Positions 55,207-63,170 of a stretch of DNA of 64,000 nucleotides are shown one piece after another. Numbering within the stretch: position 1 is the stretch's first letter; every line of letters begins with the position of its first letter. The stretch covers positions 29,369 to 93,368 of IMG/VR virus record IMGVR_UViG_3300008012_000022, one strand, 5' to 3'. The notes beneath the pieces are model-generated. The model saw only the letters and a list, made by a program, of their open reading frames with translations, was not told the origin of the DNA and did no database searches. The stretch is from a virus. The translations under genes and the position numbers were made by a program.

Positions 55207-55220
55207 AACTACCATTACAC

Positions 55221-55248
55221 AAAAAAACGGAGATGGTTAGTCTCCGTC
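55221..55248 (-). terminator. intrinsic terminator after the major capsid gene
   Basis: GACGGAGA-CUAACCA-UCUCCGUUUUUUU. Confidence 0.8.
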
Positions 55249-55280
55249 TTCTTGTTTAGGTTATGTAAAAGGGTTTGAAA

Positions 55281-56402
55281 TTAAACCTTAAGACCTGTAA
55301 GTGCTCGATCTTCCAGCACGATTCGTGCTTCGTTCACTTCTGCATACCATCCTACTTTCTTAGAACGATCTACGAATTGGTCATCAGGAACCACGTTAAC
55401 ATCGCTTGATGCATCTTCATCCTGAACCACAGGACGGATAAGAGCATTAGACTTGTTACGATCAACTCCTAAGAGGATTTCGTCACTTGCCTGAGTGAAT
55501 GTTACTGGTGATCCTTCAAGCTCATTAATTTCGCTAAAGATTTTGTTGTATCGCTGATTCAGCCCCATTTCCAACAGTTCGATGATGTTCACGTCAAAGA
55601 TAGATGGGTATCCAGCTTTGCTCATGATTTCGTTTCTCATGTTGTCTGTGGCAGGAATCGATGATGTTCCCGAAGTTGCTTGACGGGTATTCACTGGCTG
55701 GTAAGCCATTGCGCGAATTTCCTGTGTCATTTCAGGTGACATAATCAGATCCGTGATACCGAAGCGTGCGCCACCTGCTGGTGTGCCTGTACTCCAGTTA
55801 CTCCAAATACGCTTAGAGCGAGTTAGGAGACGGTTGAAGTCGTCGATTGAGAGTTGGTTTGCATTGGTAGCATCGATCACGTGATTCCCCTGCTCAGCAG
55901 TTCCTTGAATCTTCGTGTCAGCTACGACTAGCGCACCGCACCATTGGTTGACACTTGACTTTTCTTGCAGAAGCAAGAATTCTTGTGCCATGCGAGTAAA
56001 GATCGCTGAAATTACATCAAGACGTGCCTGACGTGGATAACGCTTATTAACGCTCCATGCTGAGTTAAGGCTGTAGGTCTTGAATTTCAGTTCGTCATGC
56101 GCGAGATACATCTCGTTACTTGACAGACCACCTGCGACGGTCTGAGAGTGAACACGGATGTATTGCTCATCTGTAATGTCATGAAAGAGGTCCAGTGGGA
56201 TCGATGGGTTATCGTTCTCACTATATGGCATTCTCTTATAGAAATTAGAGAGAGTCGGCGCGTTATTAATAACTTCCGAAATTACAGGTCCAACTAACTC
56301 CGCAATCGCTGCACGCGCTTCATAGGCGATATCGCGATTTTTCGAAGCAATTGCCTTAATCAATGCAATCTGATCTTCTGTTCTTTTAAGTGTGATTTCC
56401 AT
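55281..56402 (-). CDS. major capsid protein (HK97 fold)
   Basis: 373 aa, after protease and decoration genes, followed by a terminator; ITDLIMSPE, VGWYAE. Confidence 0.85.
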   Translation of the reverse strand: MEITLKRTEDQIALIKAIASKNRDIAYEARAAIAELVGPVISEVINNAPTLSNFYKRMPYSENDNPSIPLDLFHDITDEQYIRVHSQTVAGGLSSNEMYLAHDELKFKTYSLNSAWSVNKRYPRQARLDVISAIFTRMAQEFLLLQEKSSVNQWCGALVVADTKIQGTAEQGNHVIDATNANQLSIDDFNRLLTRSKRIWSNWSTGTPAGGARFGITDLIMSPEMTQEIRAMAYQPVNTRQATSGTSSIPATDNMRNEIMSKAGYPSIFDVNIIELLEMGLNQRYNKIFSEINELEGSPVTFTQASDEILLGVDRNKSNALIRPVVQDEDASSDVNVVPDDQFVDRSKKVGWYAEVNEARIVLEDRALTGLKV

Positions 56403-56423
56403 TTATTTAGAGTTGTTGCTTGA

Positions 56424-57041
56424 TTAATCTATTGAAAATACCAGTCTTGCCCATGGTCCATCAAACGCGTCTGCGGTTTGTTGACCACTTCTGAATCCAG
56501 TTCCGATGAATTTACCAACTGTTGCGTCCTTCTGCTCTTGAGAACGATCTCCAGCAGCAACGCCAGTAAGTTTACCATCAGCAGCTAGAACAGCAGCATC
56601 GTTGACATTTGGAACTACGCCGTTGGCGAACGCTCTGTGGTTAACATCTTTCATACCGCGAGTAGCGATAGGAGCAGCTTCACCTGAGAGCAAGCATTGT
56701 AGTTCTTCCTTTTTAGGATTGTAGAAATGTAGCTTCTCGCCATTTTCATCAACTTCACGATAGTCGCGCATTAACATACCGAGAACAACAGCAGCATCGC
56801 CTGTTCCTGTGGTCAATCCAACTGTCGCAGTGACGGTAGGATATTTTGATGTTGCGTTACCCATCCTGTTGACGTAGTAACTAGAGTTTACATATTCTGT
56901 TGGGTCTTTTGAAAGGTCGCCAGCTACAACTTTAACGAACGATCCAGCTTCTCCAGAACCCGCATTTAGTGCGTATTCATTGATGATATCTTTTTCATCA
57001 ATGTTACCCCATGGGAGTAATCTTGTGATTTGTTGAGCCAT
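56424..57041 (-). CDS. head decoration/cement protein
   Basis: Between scaffold and MCP; Gly/Ala-rich; APIATRG, VGKFIG. Confidence 0.6.
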   Translation of the reverse strand: MAQQITRLLPWGNIDEKDIINEYALNAGSGEAGSFVKVVAGDLSKDPTEYVNSSYYVNRMGNATSKYPTVTATVGLTTGTGDAAVVLGMLMRDYREVDENGEKLHFYNPKKEELQCLLSGEAAPIATRGMKDVNHRAFANGVVPNVNDAAVLAADGKLTGVAAGDRSQEQKDATVGKFIGTGFRSGQQTADAFDGPWARLVFSID

Positions 57042-57049
57042 AATTCAGT

Positions 57050-58603
57050 TTATTTGTTTTCTTCGAGAGCCAAACCGTTCTGCTGGAATCTCTGAAATAG
57101 TGTTAAACCTTCTGCGTCTTCACCGATGTTGTTAAGAAGTGGAGAAGCTTGAGCGTCTAGCGTAGCTAGTTGCTTTGCCATATCAGGCGAATCTTCTTTG
57201 TCTTCTTTACCTTCATCGTTTTTCGATGCTTTGGTTGCAGTTTTAGTTTCGCCCTCTTTGCTCTTGTCGTCTTTGTTTTCTTCACCTTCACCTTTATTAG
57301 CTTCTGCTTCTGCTTTAGCAGCGGCAATTGCTTCCTTGTTGCGGTGAGCAAAAACAACCTTAACTTTCTCCAAATAAGAGGCGAATGCTTCATCGTCAGC
57401 AGGAAGTCCTTGAACTTCTTTTGCCACGATAGCTTCTTCTGCTTCTTCTAGAGCGAATTGGCTGGCGATTGTTGCCATACGAGTATTCAGTTTATCTGCT
57501 GCATCGCGAACTGAAATATCGTCTTGAAATTTGTTAATAGTATCCTTCGCATCTTTCAGTTGATCTTCAAGCTGCTTAAGTGCTGCTTGAGTGTTCTTCA
57601 TATCTTCCGAGTGTTGGTCAGACTGAGATTTCCAGTCTTTACCTTTTTCCTCAAAAAGAGTATTTAGTTTCTCAAACACTTCCTGCGCAGGACTGTCTGA
57701 GCTACCATCTTTAGAAGCGATAGATGAGATCATGTCGCTGACCTCTTTCTTAAATTTATCGAATTCTTCTTTATCCATAGCTATGTTAGTCTCGTTATCT
57801 GTTACATCTGTTTCTTTGTTTTCGGAAATTTTTTCATCACTTATGCTAGCAAGTGCGTAAATACCCTCTACCGCAGCAGCAGGATTCTCTGTTAATCCTA
57901 ATCCTACAGGTATTTTCTCACCGCGCAAAACGCGCCGAACCTTTTCCCCTTTATGTGTTTTTCCACTACCACCATTAAATTTCAACATTGCAGATAGTGA
58001 TTGGAATTGAGGGTCGTCAGCAGTAACAATTCTAGTGTCTTGAATAAGCTCACCATCACCTACTGCAACGTCGTATGAAGAAAAGGCAACCTCCCATGAT
58101 GCTGCATATGCATTATATGTATCATCATAAGGATCACTAGCTCTTGCTATAGCCTCTGCCAACTCTGGAAAAACAGAGCGGTAGATGAACCCTAACCCCG
58201 AAATATAGAATGAGTCACTTCTATTAATGTAGTCTAAAGGATCGCCAACAGCGAATGCTGGTTCATACTCAGCAAATCCAGCGCGGACTAAGTGACCTAC
58301 GATAATGTTTTTTTGGTGCTCAATATTAATTGGCTTATGCGGGAACTTAGGTAGCATCTTAGCTGCACCCATAGATGGAACCGCATCATCATTATCATTA
58401 AATTTGTTTACAATAGCGATAGACATCAAGATAGGCATGATGTCTATGTTATCCCATGGCGCGAAATTCTCAGGAATGAGAGATGAAGCTTGCGCCTCTT
58501 TTAACATGGAAGCTTTCGAAATATGATACTTATCATATTCTTCTTCTTTAATGGCGGTTATATTTGAACGCCATTCAGTTTTAAATTGATTTTTTTTACT
58601 CAT
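57050..58603 (-). CDS. prohead protease-scaffold fusion
   Basis: KPINIEH (His), ASWEV (Ser), GLGLTENPAA; C-terminal coiled coil. Confidence 0.75.
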   Translation of the reverse strand: MSKKNQFKTEWRSNITAIKEEEYDKYHISKASMLKEAQASSLIPENFAPWDNIDIMPILMSIAIVNKFNDNDDAVPSMGAAKMLPKFPHKPINIEHQKNIIVGHLVRAGFAEYEPAFAVGDPLDYINRSDSFYISGLGFIYRSVFPELAEAIARASDPYDDTYNAYAASWEVAFSSYDVAVGDGELIQDTRIVTADDPQFQSLSAMLKFNGGSGKTHKGEKVRRVLRGEKIPVGLGLTENPAAAVEGIYALASISDEKISENKETDVTDNETNIAMDKEEFDKFKKEVSDMISSIASKDGSSDSPAQEVFEKLNTLFEEKGKDWKSQSDQHSEDMKNTQAALKQLEDQLKDAKDTINKFQDDISVRDAADKLNTRMATIASQFALEEAEEAIVAKEVQGLPADDEAFASYLEKVKVVFAHRNKEAIAAAKAEAEANKGEGEENKDDKSKEGETKTATKASKNDEGKEDKEDSPDMAKQLATLDAQASPLLNNIGEDAEGLTLFQRFQQNGLALEENK

Positions 58604-60848
58604 CTTCGATTACAGGAATTGTGTGATATAATAGAGCGGCGGAATAATCATCTAGTTGATGTGCTTCCGCTATTTCTATAATAATTGGTTGCGTATGCAT
58701 TACCTTCAATCGATTAATATCTTTAACCGTTGATGCGAATGCATCGTCCCATTCTGGAATCTCAAAGCTTTTCACTACTTTCAAGCATAAATCCCCGATC
58801 ATCTTTTCTTGTTCTTCGGAAAGTTCGTCACTAGCTTTCAATTCCTTATACTTTTCTACACTTCTATCTTGAAACTTGCGTATATCAAAGCACAATTCAA
58901 CAAGAGCATCTGATGAATATACCTCTGATGCTTGTCCTACAGGTCTACCACCAGATGGTGCAGAAACAGTTGGTGAGTTAGGTGATTGAGATGTGGGTGT
59001 TCGTCTTCGTGGATAACGTCTACGTCTACCTATTCTATCTACATAGGTTCCTGATCTTCTACCACCACCTCTGTTTTTATCTTGAGGATCACCACCACGA
59101 CCACCACCGTCAGAAGGTCTACCCGTAGGTTCCTTCGGTTCCTTTTTTAAAGGTGCATTTGGATCAGATGGGTCAGGGCGCGGAACTCCTTCACGCTGCA
59201 TTTGCTGCATCTCTAGTTCCATTTGTTCACACAATTTGATAGCATCATTCTCTGCCATCGGATCGAAGAAATTCTGCGATGCTGTTAACGGTGCATATAG
59301 ACCTTCTAACTTCTCTTCACGCAATTCGAGTTGTGCTTCCTTCATAGTATCAACAGCAGGGAATTCTCCTTTGTGGATAGTATCGATACCTTGTTCAGGT
59401 GTTAGAACACCGAGTTCCATCATACGAATGACAAGCTTCTGTAGCTTCTCACTATTAATGACATCTTCTTTTTGAAAGTGAATTTGTGGGATTTTACGAA
59501 ACCCGAATTCTTTACACAAGCGATCAACCTCTGGCTGAAGGAACTCCCTTAAGAATTGTTCCTTTCCTTTCTCCAATCGCTGAAAGAATAGTTTGAGTTT
59601 CAATTCAGTGTCACTATATTTACTCTCCCCTATAAGAATATTACCCAAACCTTCCTGAATATCTTTGTTCAGCACTTCGTATTTGGCCTCACCCATAATA
59701 AGAGTCAAATCAGGAAGAACGAATTCAGCTTGAGTGGTATAGTCCGACACGAGAACACGACCCACAGACTTGTTCTCAAAAATTTGGCGCATGGCAGCAA
59801 GGTTATTGTGGTTAATGCCACCTTTGTCAGGCTCAGTACCCATCGTAACCAGCAGAATAACATTTTCCACTGAGCGTGCGATAGCCTGATCAACCTTTTT
59901 CAATTCTAGTTTCTTGTTAATATCATCTAGAACTGAGAAACCTAATGGAACCGCTAACGGCTCATAGTCTTGCTTTTTATAAAATACCACATGGAAACTT
60001 TTAGGATCAAGTTCAAGCAGAACTTGATTGCCAGTCTGAATAGCAGAATGCTCTTTGAGTTGGTCTTTAACATCTTTATCAAGAGATTCATAAATATATT
60101 TCTCTTCATCTGTTGTCGCGTTGCGTAATCGTTCAACCTCAAAAGGAGTTAGAGCTTTAGCGTATTGAAACTTGCCAAACGATAATTGACCGTTCACTAC
60201 AATATCTGTGGGATTGAGAATGATATATTTGACAGGTACTCGCTTGAGCACCGAATTATCCTTTAACTTGAAGTTCTTAACAGTCTCTTGTTTTAACTGG
60301 CTATCCAGTCGATACATGAAAACGTTGGAACCTCGGTAATACTCACGAAAGTATTGATCTTTCAGATTATCAAGGTTGATTTTCTTGAACCACGCTTTTA
60401 CAAAATTGCGGCTAGAAACAGAACCACCCTCCATGTAAGTATGAGCATCTGAAAATTCCGCTAAAAGATCAAGGGTAGATTTAAAAACAGGAACATTGTA
60501 GTAAGCTTTCTGACAAAGTAAGATTGCTTCTGTTACATTAACCGAATTCCCTGCTACTTGAAACGGCACCAAACCCTCGTTGATATTGTTGAAGCGTTGG
60601 CCTATTGTTTCTTTGGTGACACGGTTTGTCCGTGATGAGGTGCGTGCATTTGGTTCACTTAAACGACCTCCAGAAGCAGTTGAATCAAAGGATATCAAAG
60701 GCTCTCCGCACATTGCGGGTTCAAAGTCTTCCGTAATTTCAGGCGCGACTTTAGCAAACAATGGATCAGAAGATTCCGCCCTACGCTTGCCTAAGTTTTC
60801 CCAATATTCGGTATTACGTTTTTTATATGGACGTTTCTGTTTCGCCAT
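58596..60848 (-). CDS. portal protein
   Basis: First head gene; AYYNVPVFK, REYYRGSNVF, ILNP, KKQDYEPLAVP; start MAKQKR. Confidence 0.75.
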   Translation of the reverse strand: MAKQKRPYKKRNTEYWENLGKRRAESSDPLFAKVAPEITEDFEPAMCGEPLISFDSTASGGRLSEPNARTSSRTNRVTKETIGQRFNNINEGLVPFQVAGNSVNVTEAILLCQKAYYNVPVFKSTLDLLAEFSDAHTYMEGGSVSSRNFVKAWFKKINLDNLKDQYFREYYRGSNVFMYRLDSQLKQETVKNFKLKDNSVLKRVPVKYIILNPTDIVVNGQLSFGKFQYAKALTPFEVERLRNATTDEEKYIYESLDKDVKDQLKEHSAIQTGNQVLLELDPKSFHVVFYKKQDYEPLAVPLGFSVLDDINKKLELKKVDQAIARSVENVILLVTMGTEPDKGGINHNNLAAMRQIFENKSVGRVLVSDYTTQAEFVLPDLTLIMGEAKYEVLNKDIQEGLGNILIGESKYSDTELKLKLFFQRLEKGKEQFLREFLQPEVDRLCKEFGFRKIPQIHFQKEDVINSEKLQKLVIRMMELGVLTPEQGIDTIHKGEFPAVDTMKEAQLELREEKLEGLYAPLTASQNFFDPMAENDAIKLCEQMELEMQQMQREGVPRPDPSDPNAPLKKEPKEPTGRPSDGGGRGGDPQDKNRGGGRRSGTYVDRIGRRRRYPRRRTPTSQSPNSPTVSAPSGGRPVGQASEVYSSDALVELCFDIRKFQDRSVEKYKELKASDELSEEQEKMIGDLCLKVVKSFEIPEWDDAFASTVKDINRLKVMHTQPIIIEIAEAHQLDDYSAALLYHTIPVIEDE

Positions 60849-60917
60849 GTCTTTGCTTCTTACACAGAAAGTTAAGAAATTTCTTGACAATTTTTAACTT
60901 TTGGGCAATAATAACCA

Positions 60918-60992
60918 ATGGGAAAAGTTGAGTTTATTTATTTAGCAATTGCGCTGTGTGTTTATGCAGTGACTTATTTTTTAATCATATGA
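60918..60992 (+). CDS. 24-aa hydrophobic peptide
   Basis: MGKVEFIYLAIALCVYAVTYFLII, after TTGACA (60884) promoter; ATGA overlap with next gene. Confidence 0.5.
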   Translation: MGKVEFIYLAIALCVYAVTYFLII

Positions 60993-61210
60993 AGGTCAAA
61001 ATTAAAGAGCAAGAAGTGGTCTACGTTACAGAGATTAGAACAGGCACGACGTTTATTAATGAGCGCGGAGAAAAAGACTATCAACGAATTCGCCGCTCTA
61101 GTCTTCCTGCCCCTCATCCACTGTTAAAGCCTAATGGACAAGTTTCAAACGACATTGGTTGTTTTGATTACTGGCGTACCAACGATACATTTTTTAAAAA
61201 AACAAGTTGA
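60989..61210 (+). CDS. hypothetical protein
   Basis: Start MKVKIKEQ. Confidence 0.55.
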   Translation: MKVKIKEQEVVYVTEIRTGTTFINERGEKDYQRIRRSSLPAPHPLLKPNGQVSNDIGCFDYWRTNDTFFKKTS

Positions 61211-61234
61211 CAAACTTCAAAATAGATGTAAAAT
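61207..61234 (+). promoter_or_regulatory. sigma70-type promoter for the tRNA cluster
   Basis: TTGACA-N16-TAAAAT, 10 nt before the first tRNA. Confidence 0.7.
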
Positions 61235-61243
61235 ATATTTAAC

Positions 61244-61316
61244 GGGGATGTAGTGGTACTAGATAACACATCTGATTTGCAATCAGAAAAACACGGAGCG
61301 TAACCGTGCTTCTCCA
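61244..61316 (+). tRNA. tRNA-Ala(UGC), atypical T loop
   Basis: TCTGA-TTTGCAA-TCAGA; G3:U70 pair; T arm CACGG-AGCGTAA-CCGTG. Confidence 0.75.
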
Positions 61317-61322
61317 CTTAAA

Positions 61323-61400
61323 TGTTTCGTAGTTTAAATCAGAAAAACAGCCCCTTGTTGTAAAGGGAAAGATACAGGCTCGAACCCTGTCGAAGCGCCA
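61323..61400 (+). tRNA. degenerate tRNA, possibly Thr(UGU)
   Basis: Acceptor TGTTTCG/CGAAGCG; T arm ACAGG-CTCGAAC-CCTGT; irregular anticodon arm. Confidence 0.45.
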
Positions 61401-61402
61401 AC

Positions 61403-61474
61403 TGTCCCGTAGCTTAAAAGTAAAGCGTCACCCTCATAAGGTGGAAGTTGTAGGTGCAAGACCTACCGGAACAA
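61403..61474 (+). tRNA. tRNA-Met or Ile2 (CAU)
   Basis: TCACC-CTCATAA-GGTGG; D stem GCTT/AAGC; T stem GTAGG/CCTAC. Confidence 0.75.
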
Positions 61475-61484
61475 TTAATTTAAA

Positions 61485-61856
61485 ATGCCCTGTAAAGATA
61501 AAAAATCACAAGCTGAATCGGCTCGAAAACATTACCTAAAAAATAAAAAGGTAATAAAAGCTAAAGCGGCGAATTTTAAATCTGAAACGGCAATACCACG
61601 AAATAAAAAATTTGTTCGCGAATATTTACTTAAACACCCTTGTATAGACTGTGGAGAAAGTGATCCAATCGTGTTAGAATTTGATCATGTTCGTGGAATT
61701 AAAAAAGGAAACATATCTAATATGGTAAATCAAGCATACTCTATTAAAAGAATTAAACAAGAAATTGAGAAATGTGAAGTGAGATGTGCTAATTGTCATA
61801 GAAGAATAACATTTTATCGCAGAATAGAGCAGTCTGGTAGCTCGTCAGTCTCATAA
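61485..61856 (+). CDS. HNH endonuclease
   Basis: CIDCG, LEFDH, EIEKCEVRCANCHR. Confidence 0.9.
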   Translation: MPCKDKKSQAESARKHYLKNKKVIKAKAANFKSETAIPRNKKFVREYLLKHPCIDCGESDPIVLEFDHVRGIKKGNISNMVNQAYSIKRIKQEIEKCEVRCANCHRRITFYRRIEQSGSSSVS

Positions 61857-61892
61857 ACTGAAGGTCACGTGGTTCGAATCCCGTTTCTGCAA
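61818..61892 (+). tRNA. initiator-like tRNA-fMet(CAU)
   Basis: CGCAGAA start with C1:A72 mismatch, GAGCAGTCTGGTAGCTC D arm, CTCATAA loop, GGTTCGAATCC. Confidence 0.8.
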
Positions 61893-61962
61893 CTTTAGAT
61901 AACTTAAGGGCCAAACGTTGATCGTCCGACCATGAGGTTTTCTTTTTGAAAATCAAAGAATT

Positions 61963-62169
61963 GTGGCAAATCCAACAACGCGACTGATAGCAGAGACTAT
62001 CCGTGATAGGGGCAAAACACGTAAAATCCCCTATAATTTTATGACTTCAAAAAAAAGACACAAACGACACATTAGTAAAAGATTGCGCCGATCTTATGAG
62101 AAGTCTTGTGTAACTAAAGATGGCATGGGTGCCTGTAACAGAAATTGGGGCACTGGAAAAGCAAAATGA
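61963..62169 (+). CDS. small basic hypothetical protein
   Basis: 68 aa, K/R-rich, GTG start. Confidence 0.4.
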   Translation: MANPTTRLIAETIRDRGKTRKIPYNFMTSKKRHKRHISKRLRRSYEKSCVTKDGMGACNRNWGTGKAK

Positions 62170-62232
62170 AACAACTACGACGATATTATCGATTTATCTA
62201 ATCGTTCTGTGACAACAGTTACAGAACGTCTC

Positions 62233-62321
62233 TGTATGTTGTCACCCTTTTCTGTCTGTAAAACAGTCGTCGTTAAACGTAGGGATGGTCCGACAAGTGG
62301 TTCGATTCCGCCAACATACAT
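62233..62321 (+). tRNA. tRNA-Tyr(GUA)-like RNA without a canonical D arm
   Basis: Acceptor TGTATGT/ACATACA; CTGT-CTGTAAA-ACAG; GGTTCGATTCC; long variable region. Confidence 0.5.
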
Positions 62322-62324
62322 TAT

Positions 62325-62398
62325 CTCTCTCTGGTGTAAGGTGGTGTGCACATCTGATTGAAGCTCAGAGGGTGCGGGTTCGATTCCTGCGGGAGAGA
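62325..62398 (+). tRNA. tRNA-Phe(GAA)
   Basis: TCTGA-TTGAAGC-TCAGA; GCGGG-TTCGATT-CCTGC. Confidence 0.8.
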
Positions 62399-62409
62399 CT
62401 TAATTTTCA

Positions 62410-62502
62410 GGATGGCGAAATAAGCTGGTGCTTATCAAACTCTTCAAAAGTTTAGGTTCCACGAGAATTGCGGAACAGGTTCAATTCCAACACCATCCAC
62501 CA
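62410..62502 (+). tRNA. tRNA-Sec-like / opal (UCA) tRNA
   Basis: AAACT-CTTCAAA-AGTTT; 6-bp D stem ATAAGC-TGGT-GCTTAT; long variable arm; 8-bp acceptor with one mismatch; encoded CCA. Confidence 0.7.
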
Positions 62503-62504
62503 AT

Positions 62505-62576
62505 GGGACTGTAGTGAAATGGATATCACGATTGACTACGGATCAATAAATGAGGGTTCGACTCCTTCCAGTCCTA
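62505..62576 (+). tRNA. tRNA-Arg(ACG)
   Basis: GGGACTG/CAGTCCT; ATTGA-CTACGGA-TCAAT; GGTTCGACTCC. Confidence 0.85.
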
Positions 62577-62584
62577 CTTTTTTC

Positions 62585-62612
62585 TTGACAGCGCCGAATT
62601 TTCTGTTATATT
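62585..62612 (+). promoter_or_regulatory. sigma70-type promoter
   Basis: TTGACA-N16-TATATT with TGn extension, 6 nt before the ATG. Confidence 0.7.
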
Positions 62613-62618
62613 ACGGCT

Positions 62619-62834
62619 ATGACAGTTTTAATATTCTTCATTAGTCTCGCAGTATTCGTAACTGGATTAATCGGCGCTTTCTCTAATATGGCATTCCTAA
62701 TGACCAGCGACAAAACAATCGAAACAAGTATTCGTCTTCACTTTCTTTTTGGACTTCTTTATGTGTTAGGTGGACTTAGCACCCTTATCTGTGGTATCGT
62801 TTGGTTGGTTCAGACTCTTGCAGAACTCGTATGA
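62619..62834 (+). CDS. two-TM membrane protein
   Basis: Two long hydrophobic helices. Confidence 0.7.
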   Translation: MTVLIFFISLAVFVTGLIGAFSNMAFLMTSDKTIETSIRLHFLFGLLYVLGGLSTLICGIVWLVQTLAELV

Positions 62835-63166
62835 ATGCTGGAAAAGATAATAGAACCCGACTTTTTGAAATCTTAGTTCCCACAGTTCGTAATGATGGTC
62901 GCCCTATTCGAACACGATTCCACAAAGTATGGGATGAAAAAGTAAAAGCTATAACAAGAGGTTTGACTGTAATGCCTGTAGCTCGTGGACAGTGGGTATC
63001 ACCCGAAGATGAAGAGTTTACTGAGCGCATGATTCCCGTTAGGATAATGGCTACTGACGACGAGATGGACAAGATCGTGAATATGAGCGCCAAATATTAT
63101 GAACAATTAGCAATCATGTTTTATGTGATATCAGAAGAGGTTCAAATCAGAGCATTTGATAATTAG
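62831..63166 (+). CDS. hypothetical protein
   Basis: ATGA overlap; GLTV...GQWVSP. Confidence 0.7.
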   Translation: MNAGKDNRTRLFEILVPTVRNDGRPIRTRFHKVWDEKVKAITRGLTVMPVARGQWVSPEDEEFTERMIPVRIMATDDEMDKIVNMSAKYYEQLAIMFYVISEEVQIRAFDN

Positions 63167-63170
63167 TCAC

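Noticed and set aside
62203-62228. Hairpin CGTTCTGTGAC-AACA-GTTACAGAACG as a terminator
   Set aside because: No U tract; more likely a processing stem before the tRNA block, but unsupported.
62785-63093. Minus-strand 102-aa ORF
   Set aside because: Antisense to two coupled plus-strand genes bounded by a promoter and terminator.
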